From: Nanobdellota archaeon
GTDB taxonomy: Archaea; Nanobdellota; Nanobdellia; Pacearchaeales; GW2011-AR1
DNA length: 64,000 nucleotides
Reading direction: 5' to 3'
Assembly (NCBI GenBank): GCA_038044205.1
Contig: JBBTAN010000017.1
Location: 104,452 to 168,451 of the forward strand
Part shown: positions 1 to 8,785 of the stretch, piece by piece
How positions within the stretch are numbered: position 1 is the first letter of the stretch
Layout of the letters: each line of letters starts with the position of its first letter
The notes under the pieces: generated by a model
Seen by the model: only the letters and a program-made list of their open reading frames with translations
What the model was told of the DNA's origin: nothing
Database searches by the model: none
Made by a program: the position numbers and the translations under genes

Positions 1-95
1 TATTTTAAAAAATATTGACCATTATGTACCAGATTATGCTAAAATCAAAAACAATTCTGGACATCTAAATATCAAATAAAAAAGGAGAATCACCT

Positions 96-371
96 ATGTC
101 CCCTAATGAATTCTATGTCCTCCTCATTATCTATAAATACGGCCAAATAAATATAAATGAAATAAATATCCATATCCTTATCCCTCTACCTAATATTAAA
201 ACTATTCTTTATTCCCTGCAAAACACAAATAAACTAATCAAAAATATAAACTATTCCAATGAAGGAGATGATTCATTTATTATCACCGAATCAGGTAAAA
301 ATAAACTCCTTAATTATTTTATCGAATCTCCAGTCATTATCTCCCATCTCCCTAATTATATTAAACTCTAA
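96..371 (+). CDS. small winged-helix-like protein, paralog of 623..886
   Basis: 91-aa ORF with AGGAGA upstream; shares LLxI(Y/F)K ... (F/Y)xITExGK pattern with 623..886 (MarR-like wHTH by eye). Confidence 0.5.
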   Translation: MSPNEFYVLLIIYKYGQININEINIHILIPLPNIKTILYSLQNTNKLIKNINYSNEGDDSFIITESGKNKLLNYFIESPVIISHLPNYIKL

Positions 372-386
372 TAGGAAAAACTAATT

Positions 387-617
387 ATGTTAACTTTCGA
401 GGAAGCTTTTAAAAGAACTCCAAAAGCTTTATTCGGATATGATAGAAACAAAGCTAAAAATAATGGATGGAATTTTATCTTTATCAAACGAAAAGGAAAT
501 ACTCCTATTGAATTTGCTATATCTCCAGAAGGATTAAAATATCAGTATGATTCCTGTATGACTCATAATAACTCCGATCCCTGGACTTTAATTTCTTTCC
601 CAATAAAAAAGGATTAA
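387..617 (+). CDS. hypothetical protein
   Basis: 76-aa ORF packed between two paralogs, weak SD. Confidence 0.45.
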   Translation: MLTFEEAFKRTPKALFGYDRNKAKNNGWNFIFIKRKGNTPIEFAISPEGLKYQYDSCMTHNNSDPWTLISFPIKKD

Positions 618-622
618 TTCAA

Positions 623-886
623 ATGAATAACAATGAAATAAAAATACTCCTCACTATATTTAAAGCAAGATTCGATGGAGCACATATAAATTATATTAAT
701 TCCCTTATACATATCTCTAATATAAACTTAAATAATATAATCAAAAACCTAATAAATAATAACCTAATCTATCTTATGAAAGATGAACCAGAATCTTATA
801 CTATTACCGAAAAAGGGAAAGATGAAATAATTAATGAATTTATAGTAGATTTCGGCCCAACTTCTAATAATACATTCAAATGGTAA
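623..886 (+). CDS. small winged-helix-like protein, paralog of 96..371
   Basis: 87-aa ORF; same motif pattern as 96..371. Confidence 0.5.
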   Translation: MNNNEIKILLTIFKARFDGAHINYINSLIHISNINLNNIIKNLINNNLIYLMKDEPESYTITEKGKDEIINEFIVDFGPTSNNTFKW

Positions 887-917
887 ATATAAATAATATC
901 AATAAAAAATAAACAAA

Positions 918-960
918 ATAATCCTCTCCATTCAAACTAGAGGATTATCTTATTTATTTT
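918..960 (+). terminator. rho-independent terminator
   Basis: 10-bp stem ATAATCCTCT/AGAGGATTAT followed by T-rich run. Confidence 0.6.
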
Positions 961-1172
961 TTATCGTTCTCTTATATCTAATATATCAAACAAACGTTTC
1001 AAATAATTACTTATATCTCCTTGATATATAAAGATTTACAATGTTTCACTTTTATTCACTTCTTAACACTTCTACCCACTATTTATTTATATATTTTTTA
1101 CATATTTATTACTGTTTCTTTATATTTGATGAGCAAATGCCTTGTTTTATAGGCTTTTATGATACCTGTATC

Positions 1173-1236
1173 AAAAAATAAAGTATAAAATTGAAAGAAA
1201 TTTTTCAAATGTTAAAAAATAAAGTATAAAATTGAA
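1173..1236. repeat. two perfect 23-nt direct repeats (AAAAAATAAAGTATAAAATTGAA)
   Basis: copies at 1173-1195 and 1214-1236 in a 1.75-kb ORF-free region. Confidence 0.85.
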
Positions 1237-1634
1237 GTAAATCAATAAAAAATTTAAATTATTTTTGAAAACTGTATAAAAAATGAAAAAGTATATAAAT
1301 TTTATATTATTTTTGATTATTGATTGAGGGCTATAATTTTTAGTTAGGTGAGGAAAGTATCCAGAAATCAGTTAGAATGTCACCTGGTTGAGTTTTGGTA
1401 TGTAGAAATGGCAATTGGTATCATCTAAATGAGCGGAACATTTCATAGGAATGCGGAAAATATAATAAAAACAGGGAAAGCAATAGATAATCGACTAAAA
1501 AGGATAATTTATTATATTTTATTCATTTTTTATGGGAATGGTTAAATTTAGGATATGATTCGACTAATTGTAGAGGGAGATAAGAAAACATATATTATTC
1601 ATGTTATTTTATATTTTTTAATTTAAAATAATAA

Positions 1635-1735
1635 ATCATCCGTAATCGTGGAGTCTTTCGGAACGATTAGGGATGATCATTGCCGAAATAAGCATTTTGT
1701 TCTATCGTCGAACAAAATGCGTGATTGAGGCAATG
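1635..1735 (+). ncRNA. candidate structured RNA (two-domain hairpin element)
   Basis: 14-bp stem 1635-1649/1663-1677; then 7-bp outer stem 1678-1684/1729-1735 enclosing 11-bp stem 1692-1702/1710-1720. Confidence 0.35.
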
Positions 1736-2639
1736 TAGACTTGCCCATAAACTTATTCTGGGGTAGTTTCTTGGCATTTTGATTTTGATATGGAGAAAAG
1801 AGCCATGAGCATAAAAATAGAGGCTCCTGGTTGATTTATGGAGGTTGTGTCATTTTTTATCTATTTTTATTGGGAAAAAATAAAGGAAAATAAATAGATT
1901 TATTGATTTTTGATATTTTTTATGGATTATTTTGGATTTTGTCATTTTTGTTTCTTTTTTCTGTGTAGTTTGGATATGGGAAAGTGAATGAAAAAATTTC
2001 TTTATATATACGGGGTATATATACTTTTTTAATTTTTGGGTTATTTTGTTATTGGGATGGTGTAAGAAAATGAATAATTTTATATAATTTGGGAATGAAT
2101 TCTAAATTTATATATTTTGATTTGTTTGAAAAAAGTTGGCGTAAGTATTGAAATCAATTCTGGGGACAGAATATGATTTCAATAATACATTTCAATATAT
2201 ATAAGATACTTAACCTGGGATCCTGGATCATGAACTTTGGTCCTTCATGGTGCTTGGGCCTATATTATCGGTCCTTTTAGGTTCTTTTTGGATCATTTAG
2301 GGGGGTGATTCATCTACCTAATGGGCCTATATTTCCTTATAGCTTTGGAATTTGATTTTTGTTTGGTTATTTTCTTATTTTTCAATGGTTTATGGTGGAT
2401 TTTACATTGAATCGTTTATTGGATTTTTGGATTTGGAAAATTTTCTGTTCATTTTTTATTTAGGATTATGCTTGATTTTCTTTGTTTGGTGAAATAATAA
2501 AATATATTTTACCTGAAAGTAGGATAATGAGGTATTGGTGATTGTGTGAAATAATAATATATTTATTTCAATTGATCCTTTTTGGGTGTTTGGAATAGAT
2601 ATTTTATATTTTATTGGAATTGACTAAAGGAGAAGAAAA

Positions 2640-2936
2640 ATGAAAAGGAATTTAGTTTATAGGAGAGTTTATCATTTAGTTGGTGGAATTAAGATGAGTG
2701 GTTTACATGATAAATTGAAGTATTCAGATGATCATAAATTTACTCATGAGATTATGGGGGATTGCAGTAACATTTATGGTATTATTGGTAGTTTGTATGG
2801 GGATGTAAGTTGTTTAAATGGAGATGTTACAGGGATTTGTGGGGATGGTAGTCATTATTTTGGTGATTTAGATAGCTGTGGAATAAGTATAGAAGAAAGA
2901 GAGATGGGAGTAGATATTGGAGAATTAGTAGAATAA
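2640..2936 (+). CDS. hypothetical protein with short GD-x repeats
   Basis: 98-aa ORF, AAGGAGAAG SD; repeated GDxS/GDVT motifs. Confidence 0.6.
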   Translation: MKRNLVYRRVYHLVGGIKMSGLHDKLKYSDDHKFTHEIMGDCSNIYGIIGSLYGDVSCLNGDVTGICGDGSHYFGDLDSCGISIEEREMGVDIGELVE

Positions 2937-3006
2937 AAAATAAATATAATTTAGTTGTTAAGTTACAATTGAATTATATTATTCATTTAGGAAAAGGAGA
3001 AGAGGA

Positions 3007-3327
3007 ATGAGTGCAAGTTGTGAGATTGGAGTTAGTGTTAAGACGAAGTGTAATTCATGTAATGGGACTGGTATTTTTACTGCGAATGGTATTGATGGTA
3101 TTTGTAGGATGTGTAATGGTAGTGGTTGTGTTGTTATTAATTATGAGCCTTTTATTAGTCGAGAGAATAAGGATAATTGTAAATTTGTAAAATTATCTGA
3201 TGGCAGTGTAATTAGTTACAAGAAATTTAAGAATACATTTTATTCTATTGCTGGTAGTGTTTATTTGAAGAATAAGATAGATATTGAGCATCTATCTTCT
3301 GTAGAGAGTGCTTTGAAGTTGAAGTAG
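3007..3327 (+). CDS. DnaJ-type CxxCxGxG zinc-finger protein
   Basis: CNSCNGTG and CRMCNGSG motifs; strong SD. Confidence 0.6.
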   Translation: MSASCEIGVSVKTKCNSCNGTGIFTANGIDGICRMCNGSGCVVINYEPFISRENKDNCKFVKLSDGSVISYKKFKNTFYSIAGSVYLKNKIDIEHLSSVESALKLK

Positions 3328-3357
3328 AACAAAATAAATATAATTTAGTTAAATAAA

Positions 3358-3400
3358 AACAAAAAGGATCAATAATATGGTTCTTTTTGTTTTTTATATT
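3358..3400 (+). terminator. rho-independent terminator
   Basis: 11-bp stem (with GU pairs) 3360-3370/3379-3389 then T-run. Confidence 0.55.
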
Positions 3401-3418
3401 TATGATATTTTATTTTGT

Positions 3419-3461
3419 TGCCCGGAGGTTATTGGGATGGTTTTCTTATTGTAAATGGTTA
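3419..3461 (+). promoter_or_regulatory. TGCCCGGA-class promoter (copy a)
   Basis: TGCCCGGA 3419-3426, TATT at +21..24; no ORF >=60 aa before next copy. Confidence 0.45.
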
Positions 3462-3655
3462 TAGAGTGTGGGTTTATAGAAAAAGGAGAAAATGAAATGA
3501 ATAATATTTCTTTTTCTATTGAAGTAGAAGAAATAAAGGATATTGTTATATTTGGGCATTGATGTTTCATGATAGATTTGGTGGGAGATAAAAAAGATGA
3601 ACAGGGATGAATTTATTAGATATTGGGGGATAGATGGTAAGAAAGGACTATCTCT

Positions 3656-3698
3656 TGCCCGGAAGGGCAGGGAGAGGCTTTATTATAGGTTTATGGGC
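3656..3698 (+). promoter_or_regulatory. TGCCCGGA-class promoter (copy b, weaker downstream box)
   Basis: TGCCCGGA 3656-3663, TATA at +21..24, G at +32; ~270 nt upstream of 3933 gene. Confidence 0.35.
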
Positions 3699-3932
3699 AA
3701 GTCAATTGATCCTTTATGGGCAATGAAATGAATTATTTTCAATAAATGCGTAAATATCCGACTATATTTCCTATGGCTTATAATATAAGTGGTGTAATAG
3801 AATTGGTTTGTAAAGAATTTGGTATTATTGAAAAGAATATAATTATACTTGAGTTACCTAGTTTTGATTTTTATAGGGATTACTGAAAAATAAATAAATT
3901 ATTTTTCTTTTAGTGACGAAAAGGAGAATGAA

Positions 3933-4160
3933 ATGGCAAAGAAAATAATTTTGCGTAAAGATATGATTTTAGCTAAAGGTTTGAGTTATGATAAAGCTAG
4001 AATTCTTTTTGAGAAAGCGAGTAAGACTTCTGCTGCTAAATATATTACATTTTCTATTACAGATAAACCATACGGAAAGACATGGCAACTTTGTGGAAGT
4101 TGTAAAAAGATAACAAAGTTGTTTTGTGAAAAACCAGAAGATTTTATTATTGAGGTATAA
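3933..4160 (+). CDS. hypothetical protein
   Basis: 75-aa ORF, AAGGAG 6 nt upstream. Confidence 0.6.
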   Translation: MAKKIILRKDMILAKGLSYDKARILFEKASKTSAAKYITFSITDKPYGKTWQLCGSCKKITKLFCEKPEDFIIEV

Positions 4161-4233
4161 AATGAATATAATATATATAATTAGTATATTTTATATAGGG
4201 CGATTGATTTATATTTATTTTGAAAAGGAATAA

Positions 4234-4276
4234 TGCCCGGAGATGGTAAAAGAATATAATTTATTCTTTTTTGTGG
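4234..4276 (+). promoter_or_regulatory. TGCCCGGA-class promoter (copy c)
   Basis: octamer 4234-4241, TTTATT ending +24, G at +32 (GTGG), then AGTAAACAAAAAGGAGA leader. Confidence 0.6.
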
Positions 4277-4312
4277 CCGAAATGGAATTTAGTAAACAAA
4301 AAGGAGAATGGA

Positions 4313-4585
4313 ATGAGTAAGCGTAAGACTGATGGTGAGTATTTGGCTATTAGGAAGACAAATAAGATTCCTGTTGGTGGTTGTAATTTTATTACTTGCC
4401 CATTTTGTAAGGAAAATGGTGGTGATATAGCTGATGCTCATTTGGGAACTACTTTTATTGAAATGAATATGTTTTGTATTAAATGTGATAAGGTATGGGT
4501 AGAAACCTATGAGATTTCAGAATTTAGACAGGTTTCTAAAGATTTTGTATTGGAAAATGCAAATGTTAATATAGGTTGTAGATAG
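4313..4585 (+). CDS. CPFC zinc-ribbon family protein (member 1 of 3)
   Basis: start moved to SD-proximal ATG downstream of predicted +1; CPFC...CIKCDKVW motif shared with 6112 and 10960 genes. Confidence 0.6.
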   Translation: MSKRKTDGEYLAIRKTNKIPVGGCNFITCPFCKENGGDIADAHLGTTFIEMNMFCIKCDKVWVETYEISEFRQVSKDFVLENANVNIGCR

Positions 4586-4619
4586 AAAAGAATAGAAAAG
4601 AATAAAAAGGAGTAAGTAT

Positions 4620-5231
4620 ATGACAGAGAAGGAGTTAAAGGATAAACGTAAGAGATATAATGTTTTGGCAAAGAAGGTTAAGGATTTAGAGGCTATTGAG
4701 GATAAGCAATTTGCTGATAATTCTGGTGAATTGGCTACTCAATATGAAAATACTGCAAAGTCATTGAAAGGTAGTGAAGGGGATTTTGTTGCTATGGGTG
4801 GGGCTGAAATTGATATAGTAGATAGTGAGGGACAGATGTTGGGTTTTAGAGTTGGAGATGTTTATCATAATATTCCTGAAAAAGCAACTAAAGCGTTGTG
4901 GATCAATTATCAGCGTAGGTATATGTCCAGTAATATGCAAGGTCCATTTCTTATGAGTAAAAAGATGTGGAATATGTTGAAGAAAGAAATAGATTATAGG
5001 TTTAGTAAGGAGTATAAAAAGATAACTGAATGTATGGAATGTGGTAAGAAGTTGTCTTCTGCTGAAAAGAAGAATAATAAACATATTTGTGTTAGTTGTA
5101 TTTCAAAAAAGTGTAAGGGATGTGGTGTTATATTGGCTAGTCATGAAAAAGATGATGGAGGTAATTATTGTTCTACTTGTGCTAAAGTTGTTCCTTGTAA
5201 AGAATTGACTGAAAAGAATAAGTTGAAGTAA
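4620..5231 (+). CDS. hypothetical protein with C-terminal Cys-rich zinc ribbons
   Basis: 203 aa, strong SD; CMECG...CVSC...CKGCG...CSTC. Confidence 0.65.
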   Translation: MTEKELKDKRKRYNVLAKKVKDLEAIEDKQFADNSGELATQYENTAKSLKGSEGDFVAMGGAEIDIVDSEGQMLGFRVGDVYHNIPEKATKALWINYQRRYMSSNMQGPFLMSKKMWNMLKKEIDYRFSKEYKKITECMECGKKLSSAEKKNNKHICVSCISKKCKGCGVILASHEKDDGGNYCSTCAKVVPCKELTEKNKLK

Positions 5232-5246
5232 AAAGGAAAATGAAAA

Positions 5247-5393
5247 ATGGATAATACTTCTGTTTTGCGAACATTGGCGGAATGTCTTTTTGTAGATATG
5301 CCAAAAGATTATTCTTTTTTAGAAGATGTCGATGAAAGTCTTATTGATAATGAGCATGATGAATATAGTCATGAGGAACTTTACGGCGAATAA
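5247..5393 (+). CDS. small acidic protein (48 aa)
   Basis: below ORF-track cutoff; AAGGAAAA SD, fills gap before tRNA. Confidence 0.45.
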   Translation: MDNTSVLRTLAECLFVDMPKDYSFLEDVDESLIDNEHDEYSHEELYGE

Positions 5394-5405
5394 ATAAAAT
5401 AATAT

Positions 5406-5491
5406 GGCCTAATGACGGAACGGCATACGTGAAGATCTTAAAAGTCTTTGTCCGAAAGGGCGTGTGGGTTCGAGTCCCACTTAGGCCACCA
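5406..5491 (+). tRNA. tRNA-Leu (anticodon TAA), long variable arm, CCA encoded
   Basis: hand fold: acceptor GGCCTAA/TTAGGCC, anticodon stem AAGAT/GTCTT, loop CTTAAAA, T arm GTGGG-TTCGAGT-CCCAC. Confidence 0.8.
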
Positions 5492-5503
5492 AAATAAAAT
5501 AAA

Positions 5504-5537
5504 TAAAGCTCAAGTATTATAACTTGGGCTTTATTTT
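5504..5537 (+). terminator. rho-independent terminator
   Basis: AAAGCTCAAGT...ACTTGGGCTTT hairpin plus T-run; sequence related to 8342 hairpin. Confidence 0.6.
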
Positions 5538-5586
5538 AATTGAGGGGAATAAATATTTTTATTATTGCGAAAAAAGGAGAAAAAGA

Positions 5587-5829
5587 ATGAGGAAGTGTAA
5601 TTGTGCTGTTTGTAAGAAAGAATATAATAAATTTGAGTTGTGGTTGATAGATTTAGGGATGTCGATATTTTGTCAAGATAGGGATATAGATATTGTTTCT
5701 TTTAATAAAGAGATGATGGTATGTTCTAATTGTGTTAGAAGTATGGAGATAATTTATCTTGACGCTATTGCGAAGATAAATAAATTTAGTGAACAATTTA
5801 TTAAAACAGGAGTAAAATCAAATGTTTAA
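5587..5829 (+). CDS. small zinc-ribbon protein
   Basis: start at SD-proximal ATG; CNCAVC ... CSNC. Confidence 0.55.
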   Translation: MRKCNCAVCKKEYNKFELWLIDLGMSIFCQDRDIDIVSFNKEMMVCSNCVRSMEIIYLDAIAKINKFSEQFIKTGVKSNV

Positions 5830-6112
5830 TTGTAGTTTTCCAGTATGGAGTAAGGATAGTGCTATTATGGTTCGTGTAGTGAATATGGGTATAGATTCAT
5901 ATTTAGAAGCTATAACTGAATCAGAGTTTAAGTGGGATACAAAAGATAGAGGATTAAGGTTGTATTGTAAGATAAGTGATAAGGATATTTTTATTGTTTT
6001 GCGTAGATTAAATGAATTGTTTGAGAATGAAGATGACGAAGATGCTTTTTGTTTGGCCGAAGATATTAGGCAGGTAATTGAAGAAGAAAATAAAGAAAAG
6101 GCAGGTGTTTAA
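5822..6112 (+). CDS. hypothetical protein
   Basis: 96 aa, overlaps upstream stop, SD AGGAG. Confidence 0.55.
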   Translation: MFNCSFPVWSKDSAIMVRVVNMGIDSYLEAITESEFKWDTKDRGLRLYCKISDKDIFIVLRRLNELFENEDDEDAFCLAEDIRQVIEEENKEKAGV

Positions 6113-6372
6113 TGGCTAGGACTCTTCTTGAAAGGAAATATTTTAAGTCAAATAGAAAAATTTGTCCTTTTTGTGACAGTAAGAATATAGTTGGTTCCCG
6201 TATGAATATGGGATTATATACTTCTTTCAGACGTGTTGAATGTAAAAATTGTAATGAAGCATGGGAAGAAACTTTCAGGATAAGAGAAAGTGAAGGAAAA
6301 GAAAGTTATATTTGTGTTTCCGTTAGATTTAATTTTTCTAATCCTCCTGTCAATATTTTTCGCAGAAGATAA
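6112..6372 (+). CDS. CPFC zinc-ribbon family protein (member 2 of 3)
   Basis: TAATG coupling; CPFCDS...CKNCNEAWEETF. Confidence 0.6.
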   Translation: MARTLLERKYFKSNRKICPFCDSKNIVGSRMNMGLYTSFRRVECKNCNEAWEETFRIRESEGKESYICVSVRFNFSNPPVNIFRRR

Positions 6373-6468
6373 AATAATATAATATATTTGTGGTTAGTTA
6401 TGTATCAATTTTATTTTTTGGTGTTTGTGTTTTCAAGAGTCAGGAACTAAGTACTTTTTCTATATTTG

Positions 6469-6595
6469 GAGATGAGTATATTTACTTTTCCTGGGTGGAA
6501 GACCACCTGGCTCAAAGGAAAAGTAAATATACTCATCTCATCATTCCTAACAATTTTCTTTTCGGAAGACCTCAAGAGAAATTGTTACGAATGAT
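6469..6595 (+). ncRNA. twin long hairpins with identical GGAAGACC loop motif (candidate RNA element)
   Basis: perfect 23-bp stem 6469-6491/6517-6539; ~19-bp stem 6540-6559/6575-6595; GGAAGACC in both loops. Confidence 0.4.
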
Positions 6596-6719
6596 TTGTA
6601 TTTATTATTTATTTTATATGAGATATGATATTTATTTAATTGTTAAGGCTCCATTTCATTCTGCTCTCGCACCTGGCGGTGCTCTTTAAGGTATAATATA
6701 TCAGAAAAATCTGGTAGCG

Positions 6720-6749
6720 TTGACAACAATTTTTCTAAATTTGTACGAT
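6720..6749 (+). promoter_or_regulatory. possible sigma70-type promoter
   Basis: TTGACA-N18-TACGAT, ~170 nt upstream of 6917 gene. Confidence 0.25.
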
Positions 6750-6916
6750 TTTTTGAAAATATTTTCTAAACCCTTTACCTGTAAGGAGTTAAAAAATAAA
6801 AATATTTTTCTATGAAATGATATTCTGAATGTTGTTTCTTGTTGCAGTTTGTTATTGTTTGTTGTTGTTGCTATCATTTACTATTATTTTCTATTGACAA
6901 GAAGGGAAGAATGAAA

Positions 6917-7135
6917 ATGAGTAACAATTCAACAAGTAATGGCGCAGTTGGATTTTTGGGGATGTTATGTATTCTTTTTATTGGGTTGAAGCTAACTAAT
7001 TATATTGATTGGTCTTGGGTTTGGGTTCTTTCTCCACTTTGGATTCCATTTGGTATTACTGTTGGTGTTATTGCTATTATATTTGTGGGTGCTCTTATTT
7101 TAACTGTGTGTGGATATGATATAAATAAGGAATAA
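6917..7135 (+). CDS. two-TM membrane protein, paralog of 7155..7589 N-terminus
   Basis: MSNNS..NG.(V/I)GF.GMLCILFIGLKLTN.IDWSWVWVLSP.WIP shared. Confidence 0.65.
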   Translation: MSNNSTSNGAVGFLGMLCILFIGLKLTNYIDWSWVWVLSPLWIPFGITVGVIAIIFVGALILTVCGYDINKE

Positions 7136-7154
7136 AAAGAAAGGAACAAGTAGA

Positions 7155-7589
7155 ATGAGTAATAATTCAAGCAATGGTGGTATTGGATTTTGTGGGATGT
7201 TGTGCATATTATTTATTGGGTTGAAGTTGACTAATAATATAGATTGGAGTTGGGTTTGGGTTCTTTCTCCTATTTGGATTCCACTTGGTATTTTTTGGGG
7301 TGGAGTTGGTATTTGTTCATTGATTGATTATATTAAGGAGTATAGGGAGAATAAGAAGACAAAGGATAAGATGGAAGTTATTGATCAATTTTTGGGTTAT
7401 GTTAAGAAACAAAATAAGGATGTTATTATTAATATGACTGGAGTAAAAGTTGATCCTAAGGACGGGCAGAAAATAATTGATATTGGTGGTATTGTAGATA
7501 ATATGGCTAAAGATTTGGATATTGTTATTAATAATATTACTCCAAATGATAAGAAAAAAAGTCAATGCCCGGAGGTGCTTGAAACCTGA
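7155..7589 (+). CDS. two-TM membrane protein with C-terminal soluble extension
   Basis: paralog of 6917 gene; last codons overlap promoter copy d. Confidence 0.6.
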   Translation: MSNNSSNGGIGFCGMLCILFIGLKLTNNIDWSWVWVLSPIWIPLGIFWGGVGICSLIDYIKEYRENKKTKDKMEVIDQFLGYVKKQNKDVIINMTGVKVDPKDGQKIIDIGGIVDNMAKDLDIVINNITPNDKKKSQCPEVLET

Positions 7590-7608
7590 TATTTATTCTT
7601 TTTTGTGG
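7566..7608 (+). promoter_or_regulatory. TGCCCGGA-class promoter (copy d)
   Basis: octamer 7566-7573, TTTATT ending +24, GTGG at +32. Confidence 0.6.
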
Positions 7609-7642
7609 TCAAGGTGAAAGTAAGTAAAAAAGGAGAATGAAA

Positions 7643-7879
7643 ATGGGTAATTACATGGTTTACGAGTTTGTTTATGGTACTTTGACTCCTTGTAAGTTTG
7701 TTGATTCTTACCAAGAGGGTATTGATTTTATCAATGCCAGGATGATTGAGGATGAAATGCCCTGTACTTGTACTGATAATAACCCTGAAAATACTATTTA
7801 TTCAGCTAATGAAAATGACCAGGTGGGTTATTTGCTGAATAAGTTGATTGTTCCTCATAAGCTGGCTATGGTCAGCTAA
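7643..7879 (+). CDS. hypothetical protein
   Basis: second in-frame ATG has proper SD spacing. Confidence 0.55.
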   Translation: MGNYMVYEFVYGTLTPCKFVDSYQEGIDFINARMIEDEMPCTCTDNNPENTIYSANENDQVGYLLNKLIVPHKLAMVS

Positions 7880-7893
7880 AAGGAGAATAAATA

Positions 7894-8088
7894 ATGGAAA
7901 AAACAAAGATTGCTATTACTATTTTTATATTTGTTATTATTTATATTATGGGAATAAATTATAAAAAAAACTATAAGAATTTGCAACAGGCGGCTATAAC
8001 GGCTAAGGTTGCAGAGTTTTATACAAATGATAGTGGAGATGGTCCATTTTTTAGATTTATACCTAACGCCGAAAAGGAGAATAAGTAA
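7894..8088 (+). CDS. small single-TM protein
   Basis: 64 aa, strong SD, hydrophobic N-terminal helix. Confidence 0.55.
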   Translation: MEKTKIAITIFIFVIIYIMGINYKKNYKNLQQAAITAKVAEFYTNDSGDGPFFRFIPNAEKENK

Positions 8089-8090
8089 TA

Positions 8091-8330
8091 ATGTTTACTG
8101 AAAGTGAAAAGAGAGCGCAAGCAAAAGAAAAGATTCTTAAGGCTTTGAATTGGGCAACAGATGATGATTTGGAAAGGGCAGAAATGTCATTTAAGAATTT
8201 TACTCCTGCCCAAATGAAAGAACAACATGGTTCTAGTGGTAAAACACGTCAAGAGATTCTTGATGAATATAGGCGTGAAAGGGAGCAAATGAGATATTGC
8301 CGTCAGTTGGTAATTGATCTTATTAAATAA
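8091..8330 (+). CDS. hypothetical protein
   Basis: 79 aa, strong SD. Confidence 0.55.
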   Translation: MFTESEKRAQAKEKILKALNWATDDDLERAEMSFKNFTPAQMKEQHGSSGKTRQEILDEYRREREQMRYCRQLVIDLIK

Positions 8331-8341
8331 ATAATAAAAAA

Positions 8342-8378
8342 ATAAGCTCAAGTATTAAGTTACTTGGGCTTATTTTTA
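8342..8378 (+). terminator. rho-independent terminator
   Basis: ATAAGCTCAAGTA/TACTTGGGCTTAT hairpin plus T-run. Confidence 0.65.
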
Positions 8379-8445
8379 TAGAGGGTAATAAAATTTTATT
8401 ATATTTAGATGAAAAATATATTTTATCCAACAGGAAGGGCCTACA

Positions 8446-8736
8446 ATGGAAGATGAAATTGATTTTATTATCGACGAAATGGTAGATATTCATTTTTCTT
8501 TTATTGAACCTGAAAGTATTTATGATGAAGATGAATATAATCCAGGTGTCCAGAAGATAAAGAAGCAAAAGAAATTTAATGGCCCAGCACAAAGGAAAGA
8601 AAGGGATAGGGAACGTCTAATAAGGGAAATGAAGAAGCAATTCCCTAATATGAAGCGCAATGAAGTAAAACAATATCGGTATACTGTCAAGGAACCTGTA
8701 ACTCAATGCCCGGAAGGGCAAAACCCTGGTAATTGA
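8446..8736 (+). CDS. hypothetical acidic/basic protein
   Basis: 96 aa; 3' end overlaps promoter copy e (reads QCPE, as in 7155 gene). Confidence 0.5.
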   Translation: MEDEIDFIIDEMVDIHFSFIEPESIYDEDEYNPGVQKIKKQKKFNGPAQRKERDRERLIREMKKQFPNMKRNEVKQYRYTVKEPVTQCPEGQNPGN

Positions 8737-8749
8737 TTATATTTCGTGG
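8707..8749 (+). promoter_or_regulatory. TGCCCGGA-class promoter (copy e)
   Basis: octamer 8707-8714, GATT at +21..24, GTGG at +32. Confidence 0.55.
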
Positions 8750-8785
8750 TCAAAACAGTTCAAGTAAACAAAAAAGGAGAAAGAA

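Noticed and set aside
887-2639. ORF-free stretches (also 16950-17635 and 20566-21007) as coding regions in a recoded genetic code
   Set aside because: TAA, TAG and TGA all occur densely in every frame of these stretches, so no single stop-codon reassignment opens a long frame. TAG, TGA and TAA all terminate well-supported genes elsewhere in the window.
6390-6689. 99-aa ORF (GTG start)
   Set aside because: It runs through two very long perfect or near-perfect inverted repeats, has no SD and gives an odd hydrophobic, low-complexity translation. The region is better explained as a structured element.
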